Source of the DNA: Octopus sinensis
Lineage: Eukaryota
Length of the DNA stretch: 64,000 nt
Direction of reading: 5' to 3'
Assembly: GCF_006345805.1 (NCBI RefSeq)
Contig: NC_042999.1
Coordinates: 80,476,001-80,540,000 of the forward strand
Shown here: in pieces, positions 1 to 12,873 of the stretch
How the letters are laid out: each line of letters starts with the position of its first letter
Position numbering within the stretch: the stretch's first letter is position 1
Made by a program: the position numbers and the translations under genes
The notes under the pieces: generated by a model
Database searches by the model: none
Told to the model about the DNA's origin: nothing
The model's input: only the letters and a program-made list of their open reading frames with translations

Positions 1-866
1 TATGTGCGTCATGAGCATTTAGTCGCTATAATTAAATCATTTGTGCAGGTCGTCTGGCAAAAGATGAAATCTGATACAGTATATACATTACAACGTTAGA
101 TAACATATGAGAGTTTGACAATTTTTCCCCAGCAACCACACAAAGGATTTGTTTATAGTGATCAAATAGCGTACAAATAGGTCAACTCCCTCCATCAAAT
201 CGACATTACCTGTATAGGAGCAACGGGTGCCACTTGTCAGAGGACGAAATGATCGCAGAGCAACGTGAAATGAAGTGCCAGCCACGATCTTTCTTTCTTG
301 GCGTGACTGCCGACCGCCAACACCTCTTATGTCCGTCTGCTAAGTTCCTGCCTTTAGGCTTTTACTTCATACACGCCAGTCCAATTGGATTCATTCTCAG
401 TCGAAATACACCTGTTGTTATATTTTTGTTGTTTGTATTTGTAATTGTGCGCCATGTTCTCCGTTCCTTGTAATTATTGGAACACTGGAATGTGTAACGC
501 ACTGTATGAATACCAATCTAGAATTTAGACTTCTCAAAATCAGAATGAAGAATTATGATTCAAAGACTATAAATTCAATCCATTACTAGAAATTTTAAAA
601 TCTGTAAAACGTTCCAGAATTTTATTATTTAAGTATATATGTATATGTCTATATGTGCAAGAATGTGCATGGGGTTAGATATATAAAACAAAACGTACAA
701 ATCTGTACATAAGCATGCAAAAATACCTTGTTGGTGTTGTTGAAATCCCAATGAAGAAGCCTTGGATCTAGGTTAGAAACCGGCCCTTTTTCTACTGGCA
801 AGAAGTATTGAAATAAAACTGAATGACACACACACACAACACACACACATACACACACATACACAC

Positions 867-909
<43 letters not shown>

Positions 910-1307
910 AAAATTAAGGAATGGAGAAGATCCAATCCAGGTTTCATATGTTTCTTAGCCAACGGAACTCAGGAAGTAGTAATTATTCAAGCGAGTTTTA
1001 TACCACAGGCTACTTTTCAGGCCAAGGGTAGCTTGATATGAAGTTTTCATTGCCCTTAGGAGACCCATGTTAACACACGAAAGATTCGACGAAGATGTGT
1101 AGAAAGCTGAGTTTGAGTGAGGAATATAGTTGTGAAGAGTAATTAGAAATATAAGAAAAGAAAAAAAGAAAATATTAATGTAGTGGGAAAATTTACAAGT
1201 AAAGAATTTTAGCACGATCATTTAACAGATGAATTTCAGTAGGGACATTTAAACCGAGTCAAAGAGAGAGAGAGCGCGAGAGAGATAGCGATAGAGATAG
1301 ATAGATA

Positions 1308-1353
<46 letters not shown>

Positions 1354-2239
1354 TTTAGAGGAAAAGTGGTATTTGAATAGTATAGTGGGTGGAGGGGAGG
1401 GGATAATTGATTTGTAGTCAATGGTGAGAAAAATGGTATCAGTAGTAAAATTTAAAATCTAGAGGAACACGAGTTATGGTAGTAATGGCTTAAATCTAAG
1501 AATTAAGGAGTGTGTATTGTTTAGTGTGTGTGTGTCTGTATGATCTAATAGATGTGTATGTGTGCTTATGTAGTTGTGAGTTTTCAAAACGAGCGGGGAT
1601 TGGTCTGGAGGAAGGCGAATTAAGAGAATTTATAGGGTATAAAGCGTAAAGAAAAAGAAATATAAAGGTAAAAAATAAGAAATAAAGAATTTTAGAGAGT
1701 ATAGGGATGGTTAAAAAGTTGATTGTTGTGAGAACACATGTACAGGAATATCTATGAGGGGAGGGGGAATGACACAGGGGTAGTGTGGGTGTAGTTGATA
1801 TTTGTATTTTGAGAATTGGTTACATAAAAATGATTCTATTGCGTTCATTCAAACACCATTATGCAATCCACTGGTTGTTGAATGAACACGTGTGCATAGT
1901 TTTTACAAAGACACAAATTACGTAACTTTTTCTCAAGGCGCCAATAGTAAGACCCACCTCCACCCAACTCACGCGTCAATCCCTAACTTCCGCCTTGCCC
2001 TGTTGTACACTTTCATTTTGAGTTTAATCACAAGATTGGTTCAAAGCAAACCAAGTTAATTAATTAATTTATTTATTTGTGGCTAGTGAATTTCCTTATA
2101 TCATTTAAGTTACAAAGAAAAGTGAAGAGGTATATGTTGAAAACTGATATGGTTATAACGTTTATTTCCAAGCTTGTTTTTATCCCTACCATTGATTTAA
2201 TAATTTTTAAAACAACCGTTGCCGCATTTTCCACATGCT

Positions 2240-2995
2240 GTTAAATCTAGGTATCGTGCATGAATTCAATAGCAATTTTTTGCTCTCCTTCATCACAGAA
2301 TATAGCTTCTTACACCTCTCTTAATTTTCGTCTAGTTTTAGCACCCAATGATGTGTTGTTTCAAGATAGTTGGCCATATCTCTCTTGTGGTGGTTTTGTA
2401 ACAGTTCAAATTGGATCAAATCGTCGTTGAACTCTGGAAAGGAAAAGATAATTCACATCTGGGTTTGGCTAGTCAGTAGCGTATGTAGTTTCTTTATTTC
2501 ACCGATATCCCATTTCAACACATTGAAACTATAAATAACAACTGGAACTGCTAAAGAATTTAAAGCTAACACCTTGTAATGTGCACTAAGCGCAGATTTC
2601 TATACTGATCTATTTCACTTATAACACTCTTTCCTGATCTGTTTCATGCTTGCATGCTGAATGTCAGAACGTTCCTATATTACTAAGTATTTGTTAATTC
2701 CTGCTCAAGTTCTTTTTTGAACTCTGTCAAAATTCAACACGACTGAATTTGACATCTTCAGTTTCCTTTTCTGGAAAGTGACCTTGGCACATTTATCAAG
2801 GCCAGACCCCAACTCGATGGCATCACTGAATGTTTACACAGTACGTAATAAGTCTTCAAGTTCATCATTGTCTTTGCCATCAAATTTTAAGTCATCCATA
2901 TAAAATAGGTGGAGTATTTTCTTGTCAAATTTATATCCATATCCACTTCGGTTCAGTTCGCTTGTATGAGCTCCTAACATCAGTTTACAGTGAGT
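2240..2995 (-). mobile_element. R4/Dong-like (REL clade) non-LTR retrotransposon, decayed reverse transcriptase fragment
   Basis: Manual minus-strand translation gives ILHLFYMDDLKFDGKDNDELEDLLRTV*TFSDAIELGSGLDKCAKVTF (YMDD at 2891-2902), followed by homologues of the post-RT region; multiple stops and frameshifts. Boundaries approximate. Confidence 0.85.
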
Positions 2996-3004
2996 AACCC
3001 CTTT

Positions 3005-3530
3005 AGTTGTCCCTAAAAAAAAACACTTTATGGAGCTGCACGATACAAGATTTTGTGTCTGTTTCCTCTATCCATGAATTCAAATCTTTAGATGTAGTTC
3101 CTAATGTACCTATAACTACTTCCCATAGCCCCCTGATAAGTTTCATCATATGGGTTAGTATAATTAATTACCTTGCGCTTTCTATTCTCTTTGATTACTA
3201 TTACTGAACTATACATTCTAGCTTCTACTTCTCAGTCAGTCTGAATATTTGAATCCCACAACATACTTGGGCAGCACAGATTAAAACCTCCATTTCCGGT
3301 TTTAAATCACTTTTACTCATCCACAGCCATCTTTTTTCTTTGTTTGTGTTATCTTAAACATCCCTATGAAATTGACCATGCATTCTTTTGTTTACCCATC
3401 TATTTTCAGTTTCATTCGTTTTCAATTGCTTGTATAATGCTTTATCTTTGCAATCTTTCATTCTACTCAAGACTGACCTTCTAATAATAGCGGTTCTGTG
3501 GCATTTTTTTTACATAACATGCTATGTTGT
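3005..3530 (-). mobile_element. Mosaic of short R4/Dong-like fragments from other subfamilies
   Basis: RWVNKRMHGQFHRD...WLWMSKSDLKPEMEVLICAAQ (about 3260-3420) and an REL-tail-like EVVIGTLGTTSKDLNSWIEE...LGTTK (about 3005-3130), joined by non-collinear junctions. Confidence 0.65.
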
Positions 3531-3644
3531 TTTCTTCTGCTCAGTTAGTAACGCTCAATGACAGCAGCATTAATTTGATTGCTCCATCTGCGCCGTGTGT
3601 AGTGGTCCCTTTCTGGATATCGACAGGCTGGAGCCGGATCAGAA

Positions 3645-5060
3645 TCTCTGCACTTCCTGCATGGATAGTAAGCAAAGGATCGTTCTTAAATAATTTTCAG
3701 TTTCCTTTTTGATCATTCCAAGTGCTCCTACAATCACTGCTATTGTAACCGTCTTGAGATGCCACATCTTTTCGATTTCGATTAGCAAATCTTTATATAT
3801 TCTGAGTTAATCAAATTATTTTGCCGAGATAGTATACTCACAGAGTATGCTCATGTCAATCAATAAACACTCTTTATTGTTTTCGTCTTTCAAAATAATA
3901 TCTGGTTTATTTGCTTCGGTGGTCCTGTCTGTACATATTAGGAAGTCACAAAAAATAGTTACATTTTCTCCCTTAGTTACAGCCTCAGGGTGGTGCTTCT
4001 ACCATTTGTCAGCAGTTTTGATTTTATAATGCCGACACATTATCCATTATAGAGATTGGCCAACTCTGTCATGTCTTGTTTTGTACTCCACAGGTGCTAA
4101 AACCTTACATCCAAGATTAGATGGTCCACTCTTTTAATCCCATCGTTGCAGTATCGGTACTTTGGGTCTACACTATTTACATCATATTGGCTTGATAGTT
4201 CCGGGTCAAGAAGCTCTGATCTTGGGCGGCCAAGATAAAGCCTTCACTCACTGTCTTTAGTCCTGAGCTCCATAGCCACTGATGGGAGTGTTTCTGGTCT
4301 AAATCAGCTTGTTTGCTACGACCACATATTTGCCATGCAAAGGTTTTTGTTCCCACCTATCAGCCAATTGCTCAAACGCATTTTGCTTTGCTATTACTTT
4401 CACCTTCTTTGCATCTACTGTTACTGCACTTCCATCATGCTGTTCAACATGGGTATTAAGGCATAAACTCACTTGAAAATTATTTGCTCTCCTTGATAAC
4501 AGAATGAAGTTTCTTACTTCGTTCATGATTGTCAACGAGTTTAGATATTTGAAGATATTTTGCTTGTCCAATTGTGGTGGTTTCGTAGATTTCAAACTGG
4601 ATCAGTCCTCGACCTTCTATAGCTGTGGGTAGGTAAAGACAATCTGCGTCTGCTTTTGGGCGGTGCATCTTATAGCAAGTCAGCAGCTTACGGATTTTCC
4701 TGTCAATCTTAATTATTTCGCTCACGTTCCAGTTCAACAAATTCAAACTGTAAATAACAACCGGAACTGCTAAGGAATTTATAGCTAGTACCTTATCACG
4801 GTCATTTAACTCGCATTTTAAGATTGCTCGAACTGTCCTGTAACAGTCCTTCTAGGTCTCTTTCATACTTGCCTGTTGAATGCCAGAGCCCTCATTTATT
4901 CCGAGGTTTTTGTACGTTTGTTCCTGCTCGTGTTCCTTTAGGATTGTGTCAACATCTAACACTGCTGAATGTCAGGTCTTCAATTTCCCTTTCTGAAAAG
5001 TGGCCTTCGCACATTTAGCAAGACCAAATTCCATCCCGATCTCATCAGTGAATGCTTATT
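3645..5060 (-). mobile_element. 5'-truncated R4/Dong-like LINE: RT C-terminus, CCHC region and REL endonuclease, decayed
   Basis: IGMEFGLAKCAKATF...WEQKPLHGKY...SEGFILAAQDQS...RHDRVG...ANKPDIILKD...CLLIDMS...KDLLIEIEKMWHLKTVTIAVIVGALG. Includes ORFs 4299-4595 and 4480-4746. The 5' end abuts (CAA)n/(TAA)n. Confidence 0.9.
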
Positions 5061-5069
5061 AGAAATTTT

Positions 5070-5118
5070 GTTGTCATTGTTGTTGTTGTTGTTGTTGTTG
5101 TCATTATTATTATTATTA

Positions 5119-5155
<37 letters not shown>

Positions 5156-5176
5156 GTTATTATTATTATTATTATC
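5070..5176. repeat. (TTG)n/(TTA)n microsatellite
   Basis: Direct reading. Confidence 0.95.
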
Positions 5177-6507
5177 ATAGCTATTAGGTAATATCAAGAA
5201 TATAGATAAAAAGACAGACCAAGAAGACAACAGAAGGTTCGAAGCCGATTTGAACAGACGACAATCTGATGCTTTAAAAGATTTCTTACATGTTGACTAC
5301 ATCTTTACTGCTTACGTATGATAAAGGCTCCTTTCGTGTACAGCATCTGCACAACCGTTTTAATTTCGAATGTTCTGAAACTTTCTAGGAGTAAATTAGT
5401 CGTGCATATAATTCTATAAAATGCATTCAAAACGTTTGTTGAGTAAGTACCCTTATATTTCTGAGTTTTCTCATAAAATTGTTTAGTAACTGAAATCATT
5501 CTAGAGTGCGAACTGAAGACCTGAATATTATTATAGCTTACCATAAAAACATTCTACTTCTCTTTGCGTACTTTTGGCGTACACAGAATTTTTTTTATGA
5601 GAATTGAAAATATTTATAAATAACGTAATGCATAATTGCTATCAATATTTTTTTATGTTTCTTCCTCAAACAAAAATCTTTATACTTACCGCAAAGTTTT
5701 TTTTTTATTAGCATTTATTTAGTTTTAGAGTATTCGGTGAGCTAAAAAGCCTACATAAAGGGAAGTTAACCATAAAATAATCTTTGTATAATATTTGTGT
5801 AATATGTTTCTAAAATTATGGGTCGTATGATTCGTCTATACATTTATGGCATTAGCAATGAAATCTCTTTGACGATATTATGGTTTTTACCGTAGGCAAT
5901 AGAACGAGATCTGGATAATTTTCCCTCACAATTCTGATTTTTCTTTTATACCGTATATATAACGCCAATATTGTTATGGTCTGAGCTATTTCCTTGCCAT
6001 TTGAAATCATGATCGATGTATCTGTCGTACAAACAGAACTGGAATGTAATTGAGAGAAATATATTCGAATATATGAGGGAGATAATTCCTGTTTGATGGG
6101 TTTGCATCACATGTCACATACTGTCGTCTAGGATAAAGTACTTAATTCTTCTTACCTAATATAAATCATGTATAGTTGGTTTTGAACTGTAATATAATCC
6201 ACAGCGCAAATGTACACTGTGCAAATCGTGTCACAAATAACCAAGAAAAGTTTTATTTTTTATAGAAATTGCATGATAAACTCCTGTCCCCCTCTCTCTT
6301 ACATATAGATATAAACGTGTTTTATACATACCTATGTATTTGTGTGTGTTTGCGTGTATATATAGATAGCTAGCTAGATAGATATGCGTATTATCATGTG
6401 CGCACGTGCAGACGTGTGCATAACTTTATTTTACTCTCCTCTTGGCTTCGTTTCCTTTATGCGATTTGTAGCTAAATCGTCAGAAATGTTCTTTATCTTC
6501 TTTCTAT

Positions 6508-6871
6508 GTCGGTGAGCTGGCAAAACGTTAGCACGCCGGGCGAAATGCTTAGCGGTATTTCACCTGCCGTTGCGTTGTGAGTTCAAATTAAGTACCAGTT
6601 GCGCACTTGGGTCGATGTAATCGACTTAATCCATTTGTCTGTCCTTGTTTGTCCACTCTATGTTTAATCCCTTGTGGGTAGTAAAGAAATAGGTATTTCG
6701 TCAACGTTCTAAGTTCAAATTCCACCGAGGTCGACTTTGCCTTACATCCTTTCGGGGTCGATAAAATAAGTACCAGCTAAGCACTGGGATCGATATAATC
6801 GACGTAATCCGTTTATCTGTCATTGTTTGTCCCCTCTGTGTCTAGCCCCTTGTGGGCGGTAAAGAAATAAG
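6508..6871 (+). mobile_element. Dimeric tRNA-related SINE (one head, body repeated twice) with 21-bp TSD
   Basis: Head GGTGAGCTGGCAAAACGTTAG, B-box-like GAGTTCAAATT, core GTCGACTTTGCC..CATCCTTTCGGGGTCGATAAAATAAGTACC; flanked by AATGTTCTTTATCTTCTTTCT at 6485-6505 and 6873-6893. Confidence 0.85.
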
Positions 6872-7309
6872 TAATGTTCTTTATCTTCTTTCTTTATTGT
6901 TTTACGTTCTCATTTCAAATCACTCTGTTCAAATCCCTTTATTCAAAGTTACTGACCTTGTGCCTAAACCAGAAACAACTATTAGTGATATTGTTGTTTG
7001 TAGAGTTTATGATTGTTCCCTTCTACGTCCTATTTGATACCTTGTAGGACCGAGTTCAATTTATAGGCCTAGATCACTATAGGAAAAAAGTGTCACTTCA
7101 GTGACAACATTGCCATACTATCAGAGCTGTTTGAAGTAATGCAAAATAATATGAGTGGCTTCTGAAACAAAAGCAAACAAGCAAACAAACAAAAAACACG
7201 GCAATCAAAAAGAGCATTTTAAATTAAAAGGTGAGTCAGGACTCCCTTGACCCAAATAAATACGCTCCTCCGAAAATGAAAGAAATTGAAGACGGTAAGG
7301 GAATGGGCT

Positions 7310-7357
<48 letters not shown>

Positions 7358-7410
7358 AGAGAAAAACCTGTATTAAATTCAATAATGAAACATGTTATAT
7401 TCCCTACTAT

Positions 7411-7496
<86 letters not shown>

Positions 7497-7894
7497 GTAT
7501 ATGTAAAAAAAAAACCCATCATTACCCCCCTCGCGAACAAAATGCAATCTCATTTCAGACACCTTTAGTAGAAATTTCAGACAGGCAGTATGCAATTTTA
7601 TTTGTTAACAATCCAAAGGACGAGGCTAGTTATTTGTCTACCGTAAAGCACCAAGTCCCAATGGAAGTATCTAAATATCTTGCCTCGAACAAAATAAGGG
7701 ACGAAGCAGTTTGGTTAATCAAAATCTTTTAAATACCAGATATGTGGAAATTAGACGCCCGTTTTGAAATAAAACTTATTTTAGTTCGTTTATGTTTTAT
7801 TACAATCTTTTATTTATTCTGTGTAGGATAATGATATTTTCCGAGTTATATGAATTCATAGTGGCGCTTTTTCGGTTTGCGTGCTATACATATT

Positions 7895-8010
7895 CACAGC
7901 CAGTCCGTAGCAGGATTATTCATTGTTGCTAGCTGAGTGGACTGGAGTAACGTGAAATGAAGTATTTCGTTCAAGGACGCAACGTGTCACCTACTCCGTG
8001 AACCGAAACC
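7895..8010 (-). mobile_element. SINE fragment of the same family as 53527-53783
   Basis: Shares GCTGAGTG.ACTGGAG.AACGTGAAATG...CAAGGA..CAAC...GAAACCACAAT with that copy. Confidence 0.55.
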
Positions 8011-8422
8011 ACAATCTCACTCTCCCTAAGACACCCTAAAGATACCTAAACACTAAGTCATGCAAACCCTCACTTCTATGTAGTTGCATGTAATTATAGT
8101 TGTATTTTCAAAGTTTTCCCTTCTTAAGTTGGAAACGGCTTTCTTCTGTTTTACATGGTGTTAGTGAAATTAGGTAGATGGTAAAGGTGTCTTCATATTG
8201 CTAATATGTTGTCGTGTTTTCAGTTACTAGTTATTGCCCTCGGTATTAAAGGTGTACAGCATGGGTTTGCTGTTGAAAAGTGGTAAATTTATGGAGTTTT
8301 GTCGCACATTGTACCTTTCATTTCATCTTTCATTTTTATTTAACTGGAATATCCTACATAAATTTATATATACATTCCTTTTAAGGTGTTGTATCAGTTA
8401 CTCTATTATCTTGTATCATCGA

Positions 8423-8486
8423 GACTTCATCGGGTGTCTTGGCGAAATTTCGAACCAGGGTTCTCATTTCTAAGGTATTTTTCGAT
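8423..8486 (-). mobile_element. PLE-type tail fragment, same family as 24649-24790
   Basis: Reverse complement ATCGAAAAATACCTTAGAAATGAGAACCCTGGTTCGAAATTTCGCCAAGACACCCGATGAAGTC matches 24649-24712; abuts an (ATT/ATC)n repeat. Confidence 0.65.
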
Positions 8487-8498
8487 GTAAGTATTATT

Positions 8499-8539
<41 letters not shown>

Positions 8540-11232
8540 TATTATTTTTAAGGCAGCATTCTGGCAGAATCATTAGATTGACAGATAAAATACGTTGAGG
8601 TATTTCTTCTAGTTCTGAATTAACTTACGACCACTTCCATTCTTCTAGTTGTCTATAACATAAAACCCCAGTCATGATCTGGGGTCTATGCAATACTGAA
8701 CGTCCCTCCTCCCATCAAAATTATTAGTTTCGTGTCAACATAAGAAACAGTTATTATCATTACTTGCATTTTTGCGGTCGTATTATTATTCGTATAAATA
8801 ACTTCAATTCTTAACCAATTACGTTCTGAGATTAGTACATCTCATTGGACTTGCTACGAAATTAGAACTTGTGTGGATGTATTGACAATGTATATGTTAT
8901 GTAATAAAGTCACCAAAATTAGATTTACTTTCACCTTTTATACATATATATATATATACCTCCAAAATCACAAGCATTATGTATCAATAAGAAAATCAAA
9001 GTATAGGAGATAAGATAGAAATATTGAAATTACAACAAATGTACCTAAAGGTTTTGGCAATGATGCACTTTATTGAATTAATCAAGTAAATTATATGCCA
9101 CAGTGTATTAACATTTTTAGAAGGCGATTTGTTTGGTTTATGGGAAGTACATAAGAATTACCATATTTAGCTTCGAGATCGGGCATATTAATAATTAGGA
9201 AATCAAAGTGCTTGTAGATATTCTGCTATTAAAAACAGTTCCAAAATATATATATGAATGTCATACGAATATAGTATATTTACATAATTTACATTAAAAA
9301 TATTAATGTCTTTTAAAGCCTCTAACTGTCAGAGGAGAATTTAAAAGTTGAATTACAAGGACCTATCAGAAGAATTGGAGTTGATACTATATTATTTTCT
9401 ACAGAAATCTCTAATGAAATATTTGATAGAGTAGTATGTATTTTTGACTATTTATTAAAAAATAATCAAAGCATCATCTGGTGAATAAAAGCATCCAAAC
9501 CGGGTTTGCGTTCATGTTTGTTCGCATCATTGAGACGATACGTGTAGATCTCTCAACTGTCTGCTCTATCAACTTCAATTAGGTGCTTATAGGCAGCAAT
9601 GTGCTATAAAGAAGCTTTCAACCGTTAGTAATAACAATTATTCTTCAAATCAAAAGCTGTGGTTCAAATAAGGAAGATGATGATAGACCCGATATCGTAG
9701 ACCAATATATTCCTAAGAAAGACAAGAAAAAAAAGGATAATAATTGGAATACCTTTGATCACATCATAAATCTGTTTTATAAGAATTGACTTGTGTAAAC
9801 AAAAGCAGGAAGAATATACAGATCTGTACTGTTGTTCCAGTATGTCTTTTGATTAATAGTACTGAGTAGAATTCGTTGAGAAAAGCTATGGGCACAAGCT
9901 CAGCTTCTTATTCAAACGAAAATGTATTTCACGTGCGCATTTAGATCATTAAAATATCGCTTCTTTTGTATTATAACACGTAGAAGTATTGAATACTATT
10001 ATGAACTTTTGGCGCTATAAAATGGTTAGTAAGAACAACTCTTATTTGTAACAAATCACTGACGTTATGTGAGTTCATATTTTGAAAATGAAACAGTAAT
10101 ATCATAAGGGTTCGAAAATATTGAATTGAGTTTCATTTGTATCTTTAAAATGTCAAAACGTCGTGTCCCATTTTGGTTCACAAGCAATTCTTGTGTTTCT
10201 CAGATTTGGATTAAGCATTGTTTATATAACATTGACGTCTAACTGCGACAAGGTTATTTGAATTTATTAACGAACTGTGTATTCACTGAGATGATTGTAA
10301 AAATAAGCCTCGCAACTTCAGGGATTAGATATAGGTAATTAAGCTATACAAATTATATGGGTTGTACTTATTTTGCTGCACTCAAATAATTAGAGATTAA
10401 AACATCAAAATCAACATTGCAAAGAATTGAACTTCTCGACGCTTTGAAAACAAAAGAAAGCGATGAAAATCGAAGTCAAGGCGCACGTAGTTCGTGAGTG
10501 AGTTCACTACTCTGCTATTTCTGCCAATCTAATTCCGTAGGGTATTTAATACAAGGATTCTAACATCGCCACACTCCTACTGAGTGCTGTTGATTGATAC
10601 AACTCCTAGACATTACTACTATTTATATTAATACATTAAATAATTCATTTCTGAATGTTCATTCAGAAATGATTTTAACTGAATGTCATGTGTCTGCTGA
10701 AAATATTGGTGTTGCAACCAATGGTTGTAGGTTCGATCTGCTTCTATTTGTCGAAGTATTTTCTAACTATAAAGCAATAGCTTTATCGAAAATTCAGTCA
10801 ACAACGTTGACTAATTTGCGCCAGTAGATTGCCCGAACGAGGAAAATAACGCAATGTTAACACCAAGCAGTTTTTAGGCATAAGCAAAGTTTAAGTTAGT
10901 TAAAATATGTTTGTGATATATTTCAATTGCTAAAAGGCAAATTCCTGGCAGTTACCGTGAGAAAAATATATCCTTTGTGGTAAAAAAGGTGTGAAAACAT
11001 CTGGTTTGTTCAGTGCTGCAATCGATCAAGAAGCCCAGACATCGATGTTTTGAGATCTTTTTTTTAATTTTTTAATCTTGTTAATGTGATGTGCCTAAGA
11101 GAGGCAACTCTGAATAAACTATAAATGTAACACTGTCTGGCCTATTATGTATACAGAATGCTCCACCAATATTAGATACATAAACATGGCAAATTTAGCC
11201 ATTTCTCCGCTGGCTGAAAAGAATAATGATCA

Positions 11233-11275
11233 GCCTTAGTTGGCTTTCGTAACTTACTGGATTCTCATCAGAGGC
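11233..11275 (-). ncRNA. Type I hammerhead ribozyme-like motif with intact catalytic core
   Basis: GCCT CTGATGA GAATC-CAGTAA-GTTAC GAAA GCCAAC TA AGGC: 4-bp stem I, G10.1-C11.1 pair, UA cleavage site; stem II has only 3 of 5 pairs. Confidence 0.6.
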
Positions 11276-12261
11276 GTCTTCATCAATATGCCCAAACCCA
11301 GAGAATCAGGAGGCTAGTTTGCCTATATAACCAACAATTACAGTAGCCACAGCAAACTGGAGCTACCAATTTGTATTCTATAAGTGTTAACACATTATTT
11401 AATGTCAGGATCCTGTCAACGGAGACCTAAGTGCATACAATATCAGTTTCATACAATACATATAATGTATATCGTAGAGACATAAACACGGGTAATCTAG
11501 CTATTACTTCAGTCCATCGCCAACATATATTCATGAAATATGTCTTCATCTTAGAGAAGAGACACATAGGCTAGTTACAGTTATTCCCACTTACCAGCGT
11601 CTATGCAGTGAAACGGTAATTGGCCTGTCGGAATATTGTAACCAAAGATATCATTGTCAAGGGTGTATCATAAAAGTAAATACATATCAACTCTAATTTA
11701 TTCTGGCATTCTAAGACTTATGTCACAACAAAACCGTTATGATATTTAATATTTAATATTCCTACCGTGTCTGAGTATATTGATTTTAAAACTTTTCGTC
11801 CGTGGAATCTATCAGAGAGTATGTATGCGAAATTGATGATATTTGCATGCAAGTCTATTTGTTTATACAAACGATATTTAAATATTGTAATTCAAAATAA
11901 ACAAACAAAAATAAATACTTAATATTCGAAGTTGATTTTATTTTCAAATGTTTGGATATTTTATGCAGCGTTAGCACGCAAGGGCTAGCAGAGAGCCAAT
12001 GAAAGCTTCTACAAAGAGAATTATGTTTAAAGTAAATTTCGTCTAAAATGTGATAACACCAAAAAATTGAATCTGAGGCAAAGCGTGCACACACCAACAA
12101 CAACACTTATACTTGTATGTATGTACATACAAACATATATACACACATACAAGAGAGAGAGAGAGAGGGGGAGAAAGAGATATAAAATGTGCGGTGAATA
12201 AATTGTCGTCTAAATTACGCAAAAATGAAAATAACTGACGTCTCATTTTAATAGATATGTT

Positions 12262-12654
12262 TACCAAAATTACGTTGAAATATCTTGGAACACTAAAGAG
12301 TAGATTTATTCAATAAAATCGCCATTGGCTACAGTCACGGCCTCCAGACGATTTCGGAATCTCCTGCGACTCTTCTGGACGGTCATTTCGAAGTTGGTGA
12401 ATACTGCCATAATCCTTGTCTTCAGTATATCTTTGGTGTTACAAGGAGTTTTGTTGGTCTCTCACTTAACTGTGCCCCACACATAATGACCAAAGGAGTT
12501 ACAATCTGGTGAGTTAGGTATTCAGATCTTAGGGGTGATGTGGTCACAGAAATTGACTGAAAACCATGCCTGTGTTCTCCTACTTGTGTGGCATGGTGTA
12601 GAGTTCTGTTGCCAGAGATAGGGTCTTCCAGCAGCCACCCTCACGAGACTGGGA
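12262..12654 (-). mobile_element. Tc1/mariner superfamily, maT (DD37D)-like transposase C-terminal fragment
   Basis: RPYLWQQNSTPCHTSRRTQAWFSVNFCDHITPKI*IPNSPDCNSFGHYVWGTVK...RLEAVTVANGDFIE*. Spacing between the second and third catalytic positions is 37; both residues are mutated here. Confidence 0.75.
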
Positions 12655-12774
12655 TATATATCTATTTTTGTTTGCGTCTCTCTCCCTCTCACCCTCTCTC
12701 TCTCTCTATATATATGATATATGATATATATCTATGTTTATCTCTCTCTTTCTCTCTCTCTCCTCTATATATAT

Positions 12775-12873
<99 letters not shown>

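Noticed and set aside
909-1800. Possible PLE tail (purine-rich strand next to a TA array)
   Set aside because: Composition fits, but I found no hammerhead or coding motif to support it.
5030-5050. CTGATGA on the minus strand
   Set aside because: Part of LINE coding sequence (FTDEIGM); no stem II, GAAA or stem I geometry.
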